A stretch of 64,000 bases of DNA from Heptranchias perlo (Eukaryota): contig NW_027139559.1 of assembly GCF_035084215.1 (NCBI RefSeq), positions 1,612,001 to 1,676,000 of the forward strand, in the 5' to 3' direction. Of this stretch, positions 1 to 13,700 are shown in pieces. Within the stretch, counting starts at the first letter, position 1, and every line of letters begins with the position of its first letter. A program made the position numbers and the translations under genes. The notes beneath the pieces were generated by a model. That model was not told the DNA's origin. It did no database searches and saw only the letters and a list, made by a program, of their open reading frames with translations.

Positions 1-860
1 AAGACAATTCTGATTGAACAGCAAAAAATGAGGGTTTTCAATAAAGTCCCGTGGTGGAGATTTACTGCAGTGCTCACGGATACCTCTGTGGGGAAACAAC
101 GTTGGATTTCAAGGATTCCTCAAAATATTAAGGAACCGGATTTCAGTGAACACTCGGGAATGTGCTCCAAATATTTCCTGGATGAATGAATAGAAAGTTT
201 TGTATCCAAGTTTGCAGATGACAGTTAGATCGGAGGCACAGTTACCTGTGTGGATGGTATCAGAAAGGTACAAAGGGACAGAGACAGATTAAGTGACTCG
301 CAAAACTGTGTTAAATGGAGTTCAATGAGGGGATGTGTGAGGTAATTCACTTTGGATCCAATCAATCGGAAAATGTTCTCAATGTCGAGGGATTAGGAAC
401 AGTGGAGGAGCAAAGGGATTTGTGTGTCCATGTACACAAATCACTAAAAACGATTGGACAATAAAAAAGGTCATCAAAAAGGTTAAAGGGATGTTGACCT
501 TTATTTTAAGGGGACTGGAATATGAAGAGGAGGAAGTTATGCTTCAGGACATCTGTAGAACTGCGTTCAGTTCTGGGCACCGCCCCTCAGGAAGGATATA
601 TTGGCCTTGGAGGGGGTGCAGCGCAGATTACAAGAATCATACCTGGTCTTAAAGGTTTAAATTATGAAGACATGTTGCCTAAACTCGGATTCTGTCGCCT
701 TCAGTTTGAATGGTTGATCTGATTGAGGTATTTAAAATGATAAAACAATTCGGAAGAGTAGATACAGAGAAGCTATTTCCTCTGGTGGTGGGGGTGGGGC
801 GGGGCATAAAATTAGAGCTCGGATTTTCACTGGTGAAATCAGGAAGCACTTTATTACGTT
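1..860 (+). mobile_element. Decayed CR1 LINE fragment
   Basis: TCCAAGTTTGCAGATGAC (SKFADD) and downstream RT C-terminal remnants. Confidence 0.85.
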
Positions 861-1701
861 GCACATACAGACAATAATGCAGTTTCTGACCTCATACATT
901 CTGCAAGGTCTTACTTGATAACGCAAGTCGCACATTGAAAACGATTTTGGTAAAGAAGGCCTGATAGCGTCGGCTTGAAATAGATAATGTATAACATGGA
1001 CTTGGATGGACGGGGCAGAATTTCAAAGTTTGCAGAGGACGAGACAGAGAAAAGATAAATATGTGCAGACTTGGTACAAATCTAATAACTGGGCTGATTG
1101 AAGATTGTTGAAAAGGTTTGAAATTAGATTTCTTCTTGATGGATAAAGTTAACCCTTTATGTTCCACCTCCCATATCATTTGCTGTTCCCGCCAATCTTC
1201 CATTCGCTGCAAACCACAGAGGCAGCAAGGAAGGACAGAACAATCTCTCTCCGAACCTTCCTCTCTACTCGAACTTTATCCCATGAGATGAGGTGAAAAA
1301 TTCCAATTATTCCTCTCCATTGAAACAAAATATAAACAATCCAGGGACACAGACTTAAAACACCGGTGTCGGATAGATAATAATAACATTCAAGCCCATT
1401 TTGATTGTTCAAAACTTACGTAGGGCCGCCTCAAATGTTCAATACAATAACGACGGGGATGGGATTCGGACCCTTCCGTACAGAAACAATGGATTAGCCG
1501 ACCATTTCTGTATCCAAACAGTAGAAATAAAGTCACTTTTACACTATTTCCTGCCCGTGCACCCAGATCGACAATGTTGAAAATGTCGGGTCCACTTCTG
1601 TAAGCAAAGGAATTTACGTATTTCCGTTCCATTCGGTCAGTAACTGTCAGAAACGGTCGGGTGTTTAACAGTTCCGGCGCCCGTTGGAAAAAATGCAAAA
1701 A

Positions 1702-1790
1702 TGACCGCGGCAGGACTTGAACCTGCAATCTTCTGATATCATCGCGTTTAATACCGAAGTCAGACGCCTTATCCATTAGGCCACGCGGCC
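1702..1790 (-). tRNA. tRNA-Arg(TCG) with a 16-nt intron (1738-1753)
   Basis: Minus strand GGCCGCGTGGCCTAATGGATAAGGCGTCTGACTTCGG[TATTAAACGCGATGAT]ATCAGAAGATTGCAGGTTCAAGTCCTGCCGCGGTCA; exons nearly identical to vertebrate Arg-TCG; T5 terminator directly downstream. Confidence 0.93.
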
Positions 1791-2859
1791 GGGGCTGTAA
1801 ACTTTCTGCAAAAGATGTTAAACCAGGGGCAATGGTGGTTAAGACTCTGCTTGGATCTTTCTCTTCCTTTCATTTTGTTGATGTTGTTCATTCATTGTTT
1901 TCTTTCTTGTCGCAAGTTGGCTTTGCTGTTTCCGACCAATCAGGAAACTGACAACCGAACTCCCGCTGGGTCTCCGAGAAACCTACAATCAGAATAAACA
2001 ATGTTCAAATCTTTGATCAAAGTGTTCAGCCTCCAAAGCGAATATCTTTCGCACTCAGCCTGAAAAATAGAGAGAGGGGAAATAAAATAAAAGACAAATC
2101 GGTAAACTAAAAATGTACACGGAGAACAACACGGAGCGGAGAATTTGAACAGAATTTACTATCCAACCCGACGGGCCAAGTGGCCTCATCCTGTCCTGTA
2201 AAATACGAACAATCCCCAATTCTGCTGGGTGTGATTATTATTTTCTGATTTTCTTTTTTTTGGTAAATATAAACGCGGACTGGGTCCCGCACCACGGTGT
2301 AAAAGGGTCAGATCCAGACCTGGCGCTCAGTGTTAATGTTAATATTGAGCACGGGATTCTATCAGTGTCATAATAAAATCGCGGGTTTCTTGCTTTATAT
2401 TCGACACATCCCCTTGCTGTTTGTTTAATCAAGGCAGGGAATGTTTTGCTGGTTTAGTGATCTTCATTTTGCAGGAAATTAGTAAACTCGTCTCAATACA
2501 TGAGATTTCCAGTTTCTGTTTCGCTAAATGGAGTTGAGGTGCAGATCAGCGATGAGCTGCTGTGACTCCGCCGCGCCGGACTAACCGGAATTAGACGTTT
2601 CAGTGAAGTGAAGTGAACCGTCTCAATCCGGTTTATTTCTTTATTTATAACATTGTTCATTTTGAGTGACAGTTTGATCGAAAATCCATTGAGAGTTCAG
2701 TTGTCAGTTTTCTGATCAGTTTGAATCTGAAGAAGATAAAAATAAGGAAAGAAAAACATTACAAAGGTCAAAACTCGAATTGATACAATCACCTTCTCTT
2801 CACCTTTAAGGACAATTAATTCTCCCTGCTACCCCGTTCAATATTCATCTCTCCACTCG

Positions 2860-3045
2860 CGTCATTACAATACATTATCTGGTCATTGTCACATCGCTGT
2901 GCTTGGGATCTTGCTGTGCGAAAATTGACTGCCTCGTTTCCTACATGTCAGCAGTGACTACACTACCAAAAGTGCTTCATTGTCTGTAAAGCGCTTTGGG
3001 ACGTCCTGGGGTGTGAAGGGCGCGATCAAAAAACATTCTTTCTTT
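2860..3045 (+). mobile_element. SINE 3' fragment, same family as 21780-22080
   Basis: CATCGCTGTGCTTGGGATCTTGCTGTGCG...GTAAAGCGCTTTGGGACGTCCTG. Confidence 0.7.
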
Positions 3046-3121
3046 CGGTGGCCCCATGTGCCAGGTCCCATATCGGAATCCTGTCCACCTGCGCACGCAG
3101 GAATCATTGGGCGGTAATTTG

Positions 3122-3185
3122 GACAGGTGGTCCAGTTATGACACAATGTTTTCTCTGCTGTGAACTGGGTTCAATTCCACGTTAA
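3122..3185 (+). pseudogene. Highly degenerate tRNA-Glu-like remnant
   Basis: GGTGGTCCAGT...CTGGGTTCAATTCC A/B-box remnants; upstream flank homologous to that of the 6932-6993 copy. Confidence 0.45.
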
Positions 3186-3599
3186 AAAATACTTTTTACA
3201 AAAGAGCTGAGAAGTCAATAATATTAAAGATAACTAATCATAGTCTAAAAACAATTATTAAAGCCCTGCTCAGAGTGTGAATTTCAAAGATTCGATGATA
3301 CTGAGGGTGGAACTCCCGATTCGTGTATAGTTTTAATTTAAAATGTTTATTTCTTTATTTGAATTGATTTCATACCAAAATCGTAAACAGTCTATTCCGA
3401 TCCTTGTTTTGCCGAATCAGTATTTACAATCTTATTACACGAGCTGAATAATCTGGAACAAAACCAGTCAGAAAAATGCACCAGACGACTTCAAATGTAC
3501 ACCCTGTGATAAGGACAATATTACAGCCGAAGGACACATTGAAACGGTGAACGTCTCAGACTGTAAATCTGACGGACAAGTCAATTAATTTTCCGTTTA

Positions 3600-3674
3600 C
3601 GGCCCTGGGTGGGCTCAAAACCACCAACTTTTCAGTTAATAGCCGAACGAATTGATTGATTGCGCCACAAAGAC
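3600..3674 (-). pseudogene. tRNA-Asn pseudogene
   Basis: GTCTTTGTGGCGCAATC...GTTCGGCTATTAACTGAAAAGTTGGTGGTTTTGAGCCCACCCAGGGCCG aligns to Asn-GTT with anticodon, D-arm and T-loop changes. Confidence 0.8.
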
Positions 3675-3984
3675 GGTGAAATAATTGAGATACTAAACCA
3701 TTAGTTGACCGAGAAAATGATGCGACCGCAGTAACAGCGGTCTGTAATGATTCACCATCTTATTTGAAAATACCAAAATTAACTGACATTTCTTTTGCTC
3801 TGCGTTTCGTTTAATGGCTTTGCATTACGTTGTTTCTGTGCAAATGGAATAACATTTCAGATTTGAAGTTTTGCGTTTGTCCGACATTGATCCCGAGGAT
3901 CTGGCGTGGCCGGTGAAGAAGTCAGTGACTGAACCCCAATGACTAACACTGACCCCTCTCTACACTCAATATCAGTCGTCAGCG

Positions 3985-5007
3985 GCTTATGGCCTTACCA
4001 GCGTTTTATACAGTTCCTTCATTACATCACTGATTTTGCATTCAAAACATCGGCGAATAGCGGAGAGCATTTCGTATAACTTCTTCACAACCTTATCTAC
4101 CTGTACTGCCACCTTCAGGGACCTGTGAACATGCACTCCAAGGTCCCACACTTCCTCTGCCCCTCTCAATATATTCCCGTTTCCTGCGTATTCCATTTTA
4201 CTGTTTGCCCTCTCTAAGTGCGTTACCTCACACTTCTCCGGGTTGAACTCCATTTGCCACTTTTCCGCCCACTCCGACAACCCATTGATATATTCTTGGA
4301 GTCTACAGCTATCCTCTATACTATCAACGACACGGTCAATTTTTTGTCATCTGCAAATTTGTCCCCGACATTCAAGTCCAATTCATTAATGTATACCACA
4401 AACAGCAATGGACCCGACATTGAGCCCCGTGGCACACCATTGGAAACGGATTTCCATTCGCAAAGACATCCATCGACTTTTACCCTTTCTTTCCTGTTAC
4501 TGAGCCAATTTTGGATCCGATTCGCCTCATTTCCCTGTATCCCATGGACCTTTACCTTTCTGACCAGTCTGCCATGTGGGACCTTGTCAAAAGCCTTACT
4601 AAAATCCATGCAGACAACATCCACTGCACTTCCCTCATCAATCCTCATTCTCACTTCCTCAAAGAATTCAATCAGATTTGTGAGGCTTGACCTTCCCAGA
4701 ACAAATCCAAGCTGACCATCCTTGATTAAACCATGCCTTTCCAAATGAGAGTTTATCCTATCGCTCAGTATTGATTCTAACAGTTTGCCCACCACCGAGG
4801 TACGATTGATTCGCCTATAATGTTTCAGCCTTTCCTTCGTACCCTTTCGAATCAATGGTACTATGTTTGCAGATGTCCAGTCCTCCGCTACCTCCACTGT
4901 ATCTAGTGAGGATTGGAAAATGATCCGCAGAGCATCCGCTACTTCCTCCCTGGCTTCCTACAATTGCCTCGGAAACAATCCATCCGGCCCTTGTGACTTA
5001 TCAACTT
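3985..5007 (-). mobile_element. CR1 LINE RT fragment
   Basis: MDFSKAFDKVPH, GVPRGSMSGPLLF, KFADD. Confidence 0.92.
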
Positions 5008-6765
5008 TCAAGCATTCCAGTCCCTCTTGTTCTGCCTCTCTCGTTATATTTATCTTATCCAATATTACAGGAAGGACATAAATGCTCTGGAGAGAGTGCA
5101 GAGAATATTTACAAGTATGTTGCCACGGCATGAAAATTGCAGCTACGAGGAGAGATTGGATAGGCTGGGGTTGCTTTCCTTGGAGTAGAGGAGGCTGAGG
5201 GGCGACTTGATTGAGGTGTACGATAATATGAGGGGCCCCGTTAGAGTGGATAGGAAGTATCTGTTTCTCCGAGCGGAGAGTTCAAGAACTAGAGGACATC
5301 GATTTAAGCTGATTGGCAGAAGGATTAGAGGGGACATGAGGAAAAACTTTTTTACCCCAGAGGGTGGTGGGTGTATGGAATTCACTGCCCGAATTGGTGG
5401 TAGAGGCAGGGACCCTCAACTCTTTTTAAAAATACCTGGACCTGCAACTGAAGTGCTGTAAGCTGCAGGGCTACGGACCGGGTGCTGGAAGGTAGGATTT
5501 GAATGGGCACCTGGTTGTCCTTCGAGCCGGCGCGGCCACGATGGGCCGAATGGTCCCCATCTGTGCTGTTTCTTTTTTATTGTTCTATGGTTCTATGGAA
5601 AGAATGCAGGATTGGATATCGATATTTTCAGATGAGGATAAATGATGAGGCACAGTAAGTAGTGTAGACGGGAGCAGCAAATTGCAAAGGGACATAGACA
5701 GATTAAGTGAGTGGACAAGATTGAGACAAATGGAGTTCAAGTGGGCAAGTGTGAGGTCACCCATTTTGGACACAAGAAATATAAATCAGACTAATTTCTA
5801 AATGGGGAGAAGCTCGGGACTATCGAGGAGCAAAGAGATTTCAGAGTCCATGTTCACAAATCATTAAAAGTCGGTAGACAGGTAAAAACAGCAATCAAAA
5901 AGCCTAATTGAATGTTAATATTGACCTTTATCTCAAGGGGGTTCGAGTACAAAAGTGACGATTCAGTTGCACTATGCCTTGGTCAGACCCCATCTGGAGT
6001 TTTGCGTTCTGCTTTGGATCCCGAACCTCAGAAGGATACATTGGCCTTGGGGTGTGTTTAGCGCAGATTCAGCAGATTGATACAAAGGCTAAACGGGTCA
6101 AATTATGAGGAGACATTACACAAACTAGGCTTATTTTCCCTGGAACATAGAAGGTTGAGGGATGATTTGTTTGAGATTTTTGGATTTTTAAATGAATTGA
6201 TAGGGTAGATAGAGATAAACATTTTTTCGCTGTTGGGAGATTCTAGGACAACGTGACATAACCTTAAAATCAGAGCCAGGCCGCTCAGGAGAGAAGTTAG
6301 GAAAGACTTTGTCTTCGAACAAAGGGCGGTAGAACTGTGGAACTCTCTCCCACAAGAAGTAGTAGGTGCGAGCTCAATTAATAATTTTAAATCTGAGATC
6401 GATAGATTTTTGCTGACCAAGGTTAATAAGGGATATGGAGCCAAGGCGGGTGCATGCAACAAATTATACAGATCAGCCATGATCTCATTGAATGGCGGAA
6501 CAGGCTCGAGGGGCTGAATGGCCTACTCCGCTTCCACATTCCTTTGTTTGATCGCAATAAACTGTTTAAAATTTCCGCATGAAATCAATTCAATTCAGTT
6601 TCCTAGAAGTAAAGGGAATTAGGGGTTACGGGGAGCGGGCAGGAAATTGGACACGAATTTAGATTTGAGGTTAGGATCAGATCAGCCATGATCTTATTGA
6701 ATGGCGGAGCAGGCTCGAGGGGCCGATTGGCCTGCTCCTGCTCCTTTTGCTTATGTTCTTATGTA
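5008..6765 (+). mobile_element. Several adjacent CR1 3' fragments
   Basis: RLRGDLIEV/RTRGH remnants and CR1 tails at ~5590, ~6540, ~6760. Confidence 0.85.
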
Positions 6766-6931
6766 ATAAATAAAGAATAAAAATGCTCATTTTTGTAAAA
6801 CTGTGGAAGAATTGTGAGTTCAATTCTCAGTGACATTGCATCACAGAAAACCACCAAACACTGCAAAAATTATTACTTATTCAAAATTTAATTGGTTACT
6901 TTAAATTGATTCGGTTCTCAAAAGGATAATC

Positions 6932-6993
6932 TTCCATGTGGGAATCGAGCCCGGGTTGCGGGCGCTGAATTCTAGCCCTAACACCACCACGGA
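6932..6993 (-). pseudogene. tRNA-Glu-like pseudogene lacking the anticodon region
   Basis: TCCGTGGTGGTGTTAGGGCTAGAATTCAGCG...CCCGGGCTCGATTCCC resembles Glu-CTC. Confidence 0.6.
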
Positions 6994-7079
6994 CCTGCAT
7001 GGATGGTGGGTTAAGGCTTTCCTGAATCAACAAGCGACAGGGCTCCAACCTGCAATCCGGGCCACGGCTCCACCGAAAG

Positions 7080-7300
7080 GAAGACTTGCATAAAATAGCG
7101 CCTTTCACCTCCGCAGGACGTCCCAAAGCACTTTTCAGTCAATTAAGTGTTTTTTGAAGTTTAGTCACCGTTGAAATGTGGGAAATGCGACAGTCAATAT
7201 ACGCACAGCACGATCCAAAAAAAGCAGCGAGGTGATAATGACCAGATAATCCGTTTTGGTGATGTTGGTGTGGGGATAAATATTGGACAGGACACTGGGG
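7080..7300 (-). mobile_element. SINE 3' fragment
   Basis: Reverse complement of the same SINE body and tail. Confidence 0.7.
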
Positions 7301-8509
7301 AGAAATAATGGTCCTTAAAACTGGAGACAAGGTGATTGTTTTAATTCGAGTTTTGGTGTCATTTTGTCGCTTTCCTTATTGTTTCCCTTCATCAGCTTCC
7401 AAGTTATCGGAAAACTGACAACTGAAATCTCAATTAGTTTCAATCTGTCACTCAAAATAAACACTGTTAGAAATGAAGGGATAAAGTGGATTCAGAAGGC
7501 TCACTTCACTTCATTAACCGTATAAATCGGGTCAAACCAGTGCTTAGGTTCCCATTCGATTTAGAATCCAGCTCTTTACCCTCGTTGCTAAAACAGTTCA
7601 GGTTTATGGATTGTAGCCATGAACGAGAAGCGCTCCTGTGGTGCTCGTCTGTGTTTAATCTCAACCCTGAATGATTAGCTCCAAACTAGAATCAGTTTGT
7701 CATCTAGAGAAAAGTTTCAGCAGCTACCGAGCGGGAAGCAGATGCTGAGGCAGAAAATGCAACTTACCCCGGGAGGCGGGTTCAACCTCCTCACAAAAAG
7801 ATTCGCTCCCTCCTGTCTCCCTCACTGGGGAAAACTGAACCACATGGAACAGCTGAATTTTTATACCAGGATTGATTCATATTTTTGTCACGGAAATGTA
7901 AAGGAGCAGTGGGAACATTTTCCTCACAAAGGTGCAACTTTAGAATTGAACACGTGGATGGGAATCACTCGAACTAATTTGACAGGGAGAGGAGCACCTG
8001 GATGAAGAGAGGGAATGTAAGGTGCGCAGAGGACTGGGAGAGACGAACAGCAGTAGAGTTAAGAGTAGTTCAAAAGTAGGAGGGGTCAGACGGGGGAAGC
8101 GGGGGTGGGGGGGGAGGGTGCGGAAAACGTATTTAAGAGTTCAAAGATAGAATCGATTCGGTTCGAACTAAGGAACAAGAGAGGATCTATTACGCTGCGA
8201 AGTGGATATTAGAGCCCAGCAAATAGTGGGAAGGAGACAGAGGAGCAAATTTAAAGACTGATTGTAGAAACGTTCAAGAACTTTAGAGTCGTGATAATGT
8301 GCAGACTTCAATTAGACTAATATAACCAAAGAGTGTAAAGGAAAAGAAGGTGAGGAGTTCCTGAAAGGTGTACAAGAGAACTTCAATTATCAGTCGGTTT
8401 CCAGCCCAAAGAGGAAGAAAACAGGGGTGGATTATCATATTCATTATATCACTGTGTATTGGTTATCATTTTCAATTCAACAGTTCAATGTAATATTGTT
8501 ACTTTGTGT

Positions 8510-9085
8510 ATCACTTATCATATCCAATTTAACAATAACTTAATTTCTCTTCCATTGATTATCATATCCAATTTAACATTAACTTGATTTCTCTTCTATT
8601 GATTATAATTTCCAATTTAACATTAAATTGATTTCCCTTCTATTGATTATCATTTCCAAATTTAACAATAACTTGATTTGATTTCCCTTCTATTGATTAT
8701 CATTTCCAATTTAACAATAGCTTGATTTCCCTTCTATTGATTATCATTTCCAATTTAACATTAAATTGATTTCCCTTCTATTGATTATCATTTCCAATTT
8801 AACAATAACTTGATTTCCCTTCTATTGATTATCATTTCCAATTTAACATTAACTTGATTTCCCTTCTATTGATTATCATATCTAATTTAAAAATAACTTG
8901 ATTTCCCTTCAGTTGATTATCATTTCCAATTGAACAAAAACTTGATTTCCCTTCTATTGATTATCTTTTCCAGTTTAACATTAACTTGATTCCCCGTCTA
9001 TTGATTATCACATCCAATTTTACAATAACTTGATTCCCCTTCTTTAATTATCATGTCCAAATTAACAATAACTTGATTTCCCCGT
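8510..9085. repeat. AT-rich 44-bp minisatellite
   Basis: Unit GATTATCATTTCCAATTTAACAATAACTTGATTTCCCTTCTATT. Confidence 0.92.
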
Positions 9086-10557
9086 TTTCATATCGAGCTT
9101 TACGATTAACTGTAACTGCCTTTCTCTGTGTATTTGTTATCATATCCTAATTAGCAGTGAACTGAAAATGTATTCCGCTTTGTATTGTTTATCATATCCA
9201 ATTTAACAATTAACGAATGCTTTTTTGGCTGTGCATTATCTATTATTGCCTAATTATCTATTAACTGGTTGATGAAGTGTTCTTATTCATAATGTACTGC
9301 TCAACTCAATTAAATTTTTAATCTTTGAAAGCCAGTTGTCTTACAGGAACATAGGAATAGGAGTAGGCCATTCAGCCTCTCGAGCCTGTTCCGTCATTCA
9401 ATGAGATCATGGCTCATGTGTATCCTAACTCCATCCACCTACCTTGGACCTATATCCCTCAAGGTTCTTGGCTAACAATAAACTATGGATCTCAGATTTA
9501 AAATTAAGAATAGAATTAGCATCTACTGCATTCTGTCTGAGAGAGTTCCACACTTCTACCAACTTTTGCGCCTCAAAACTTCTCTCCTCAATGGCCTGGG
9601 ACGGATTGCAAGGTTATATCCCTTTTTCCGAGCCTTCCTCAGAAGCAGAAACAATTTTAGCTCTATGTACCCTCTCAATGCCTTTCAAATTCCTAGAAGT
9701 CTCAATCAAACATCTTCTATATTTCTGGGAGGACTAGTCTATTATATGTACTGTCTCATAAATTAAGCCACTGAAACCTGGTAACATTCTGGACAATATG
9801 AGCTAACTTCGTTCCAAGGTCAACATATCCTTTCTCGGGTATGTAGTAAGCATACAGTACAAGCAATAACACTTAAACCTGTTCTTTAAAGGCAATATTT
9901 ATAAGAAACCTGTGAATGGAAACTTGTTACAGTTCTGAGCTCAGTATCTTCGGCCTTTGTGGAACCGAACCCATATTGCACACCGACAGTTTTGTACGTG
10001 GTTCTAACTGTGTCTACGTGACAATCCATAAATTCTGCATAACATAATTGTATAAAAGTTAAAATTGCAACTTCAGAAAAGGTGAATTTATGCGTTTATC
10101 CCTTAAAATTATTTGTATTTTCCTTACTTAAAAAGCTCATTTTCCTGTTGCACGAATTATATCTGCCTTACTTTGTTATCGTGCCTGTTGTTTCGCTATT
10201 TATCCAATAATTGCCATTCTAGCAGGTGAAACCATCAATTATAAGTCTGCCTTTGTTTGTGCATCATTCGGATAATGTTCACCCAGGCGTTTTCCTTTGC
10301 AGCACAAACTGTTCACCCACTCTTTCATCAAATGCTTCAGTATTGAATGGCAGTCTTTAAATAAACCTCTTATTACTTCATCCTGAAACTGACCATTGCT
10401 GCAGGGTAAGTCAGGCCCAATGGAACAGTGCTACTTTAAATTGACTGAGAATTCCCCACTGAACAGGGAAGGGCTAAAGTTGAGCATTTTTACAATATGA
10501 AGACAAGTCAAAAGCAGAACAACATTAACAGACTTCAGGACAGTCTTAGTAAACTTC

Positions 10558-11752
10558 GGTACCGCTGGGATCATTTCTTTGGCCCGAACTATTCACGGGA
10601 ATGCAGGCAGTGACTAGTGGGGTACCGCAGGGATCATTTTTTGGCACGAGCTATTCACGGGTTGGCAGGCAGTGACTAGTGGGGTACCACAGGGATCATT
10701 TTTGGCACGAGCTGTTCACGGGGTGGCAGGCAGTGACTTGTCGGGTAACGCAGGGATCAGTGCTTAGGTCCCAGCTATTCACAATATGTATCAATGATTT
10801 GGATGAGGGAACCAAATGTAGTATTTTCAAGTTTGCTGACGACAGAAAAATAGGTGGGATCGTGAGTTGTGTGGAGGATGCAATGAGGCTTCAAGGCGGT
10901 TTGGACAAGTTGAGTGAGTGGGCAAATACATGGTAGATGCAGTATAATGTGGATAAATGCGAAGTTATCCACTTCGGAAGGAAGCACAGAAAGACAGAGT
11001 ATTATTTAAATGGTGATAGATTGGGAAACGTTGATGTGCAAAGGCTCCTGGGTGTCCTTGTACACCAATCACTGAAATCAAACATGCAGGTGCAGCAAGC
11101 AGTTAGGAAGGCAAATGGTATGTTGGCCTTCATTGCAAGAAGATTTGGGTACAGGAGCAAGGATGTCTTACTGCAGTTATACAGGGCCTTGGTGAGACCA
11201 CACCTGGAGTGTTGTGCACAGTTACCCTAAGAAAGGATATACTTGTCATAGAGGGAGTGCAGCGAAGGTTCACCAGCCTGATTCCTGGGATGGCAGTTCT
11301 GTCGTATGAAGAAAGAATGGGTCGACTCGGCCTGTATTCACTTGAGTTTAGAAGAATGTGAGGGGATCTCATTGAAACGTATAAAATTCTAACAGGGCTG
11401 GACAGACTGGATGCAGGGAAGAAGTTTCCCCTGTCTGGGGGTTCCAGAACGAGGGGTCTCAGTCTTAAGATACGGGGTAGGTCATTTAGGACTCAGATGA
11501 GGAAAAATTTCTTCACTCAGAGGGTGGTGAACCTGTGGAATTCTCTTCCACAGGAGGCTGTTGAGGCCAAGTCGCTGAATATATTTAAGAAGGAGCCAAA
11601 TAGATTTCTTGACACAAAAGGCATCAAGGAGTCTAGGGAGAGAGCGGGAATATGGTATTGAGATAGAGGAAGAGCCATAATCATATTAAATGGCGGAGCA
11701 GGCTCGAAGGGCCGAATTGCCTACTCCTGCTCCTATTTTCTATGTTTCTATG
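10558..11752 (+). mobile_element. CR1 3' fragment with a ~62-bp tandem at its 5' end
   Basis: QGSVL, KFADD, RPHLEC, TTTCTATG tail; duplicated at 31488-32750. Confidence 0.9.
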
Positions 11753-12659
11753 TTTAAATCTTTGCTTACACCAGTCTATGTGAAAATTAAAATCTCCCAT
11801 TATAACAACATAGCTTTCGTTACATGCTTCCCATGTCTCCTTATTGATACATCCCCCATTAAATTACGACTACACAATGATCTGTGGACAATTCCTATCA
11901 GAGTCTTTAATGCTTGCTGTTACGTCGTTCAACTCATAGTCCATCCAATGCCTGATCTATTTAATTTTTGAGGAGTTCACTTGTAAGATAGGCATGGGAG
12001 TGTCTTAAGGTGTTGTGTAAACGGACTTCCAGAAGGCATTCGTTAAAGCTCCACACAAAAATTATGCGCAGAAATGAGAGAGTATGGAATTGGAAGTGGC
12101 ATTTTGATCTGTGTTGGGAATTGTTTGGGAGGTCGGAAATATATCGTGGAGATAAAGTGTTTGTTTTCTGATATTCTAAATATGACAAGTTGTGTTCTCC
12201 GGGGATCTCTTCCGGGGAGTCAACTTTTCGACATATTTATTGATGACTTGGATGAAAGAATAGAGGGTTGTATATTTAAGTTTGGAGGTTGCACTAAATT
12301 AGGAGGAACAGTAAGTAGTGTAGAGGGAAGCAGAAAGTTGAAAAGGGACAGAGACAGATTAATTGAGTGGGCAAAACTTTAACAGACGGAGTTCAATGTG
12401 AAGTCAGTTTGGACCTGGGAAAGGTAACTTAAGAGTATAAATGGAGAGAAACGAGGAACTGAACAGTATACAAACAATTAAAAGCAAGTAGGCAGGTACA
12501 AAAAGCAATGAAAAAGACTAATGGAAGAATGACCTTTCTCTCAAGGGCCTGGAATACAAAGGGGAGGAAGTTATGCTTCAGTTGTATAGAGGCTTGGTCA
12601 GATCCCATCGAGAGATACTGCGTTCAGTTTTGGGCAATGCAGCTCAGGATGTCCATATT

Positions 12660-13700
12660 TTTAAAATTCGTTCATGGGATGTGGCCGTCGCTGGCGAGGT
12701 CGGCATTTATTGCCCATCTGTAATTGCCCTTGAAAAGGTGGTAGTGAGCCGCTTCTTGAACCGCTGTGGTCCGTGTGGTGAATGTTCTCCCACATTGCTG
12801 TTAGGAAGGGAGTTCCTGGATTTTTACCCAGCGACGATGAAAGGAGCGGCAATATGTTTCCAAGTCGCGATGGTGTGTGACTTGGAGCGGAACGTGCAGT
12901 TGGTGTTGTTCCCATGTGCCTGCTGCCCTTGCACTTCATGGTGGTAGAGGTCGCGGATTTGGGAGGTGCTGTCGAAGAAGCCTTGGCAAGTTGCTGCAGT
13001 GCATCCTGTGGATGGTACACGCTGCAGCCACGGTGCGCTGGTTGTGAAGGGAGTGAATGTTTAGGGTGGTGCACGGAGTGCCAATCAAGTGGGCTGCTTT
13101 GTCCTTGATGGTGTCGAGCTCCTTGAGTGTTGTTGGAGCTGCACTCGTCCAGACAAGTGGAGAGTATTCCATCACACTGCTGACTTGTGCCTGGTAGATG
13201 CTGGAAAGGATTTGGGGAGTCAGGAGGTGAGTCACTCGCCGCAGAATACCCAGCCTCTGACCTGCTCTTGTAGCCACAGCATTTAAGTGGCTGGTCCAGT
13301 TAAGTTTCTGGACAATAGTGACTTCCAGGATGTTGATGGTGGGGGATTCGGCGATGGTAATGGCATTGAATGTCAAGGGGAGGTGGTTAGAATCTCTCTT
13401 GTTGGAGATGGTCATTGCCTTTCACTTGCTTGGCACGAATGTTACTTGCCACTTATCAGCCCAAAACTGGATGTTATCCAAATCTTTCTGCATGCAGGCA
13501 CGGACCACTGCATTATCTGAGGGTTTGCGAATGGAACTGAACAATCTGCAATCAACAGCGAACTTCCCGATTTCTGACCTTATGATGCAGGGAAGGTCAT
13601 TGGTGAAGCATCTGAAGATGGCTGGTCCTGGGACACTGCCCTGTGGAACACCTGCAGCAATATCCTGGGGCTGAGATGATTGCCGTCAAACAACACTCAA
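12660..13700 (-). mobile_element. Non-LTR retrotransposon 3' fragment (second, CR1-clade-related family)
   Basis: ORF 12936-13415: LNWTSHL..RAGQRLGILRR..YQAQVSSVMEYSPLVW; GVPQGSVPGP motif upstream. Confidence 0.8.

Larger units (their letters stand above)
8308..12938 (+). repeat. Segmental duplication, copy 1
   Basis: Collinear and near-identical by eye to 29155-33922, including unique sequence, satellite and LINE fragments. Confidence 0.95.

Noticed and set aside
8510-9085. CRISPR-like array (also 16625-17950 and 29360-30015)
   Set aside because: Head-to-tail units without unique spacers, no cas genes, vertebrate context
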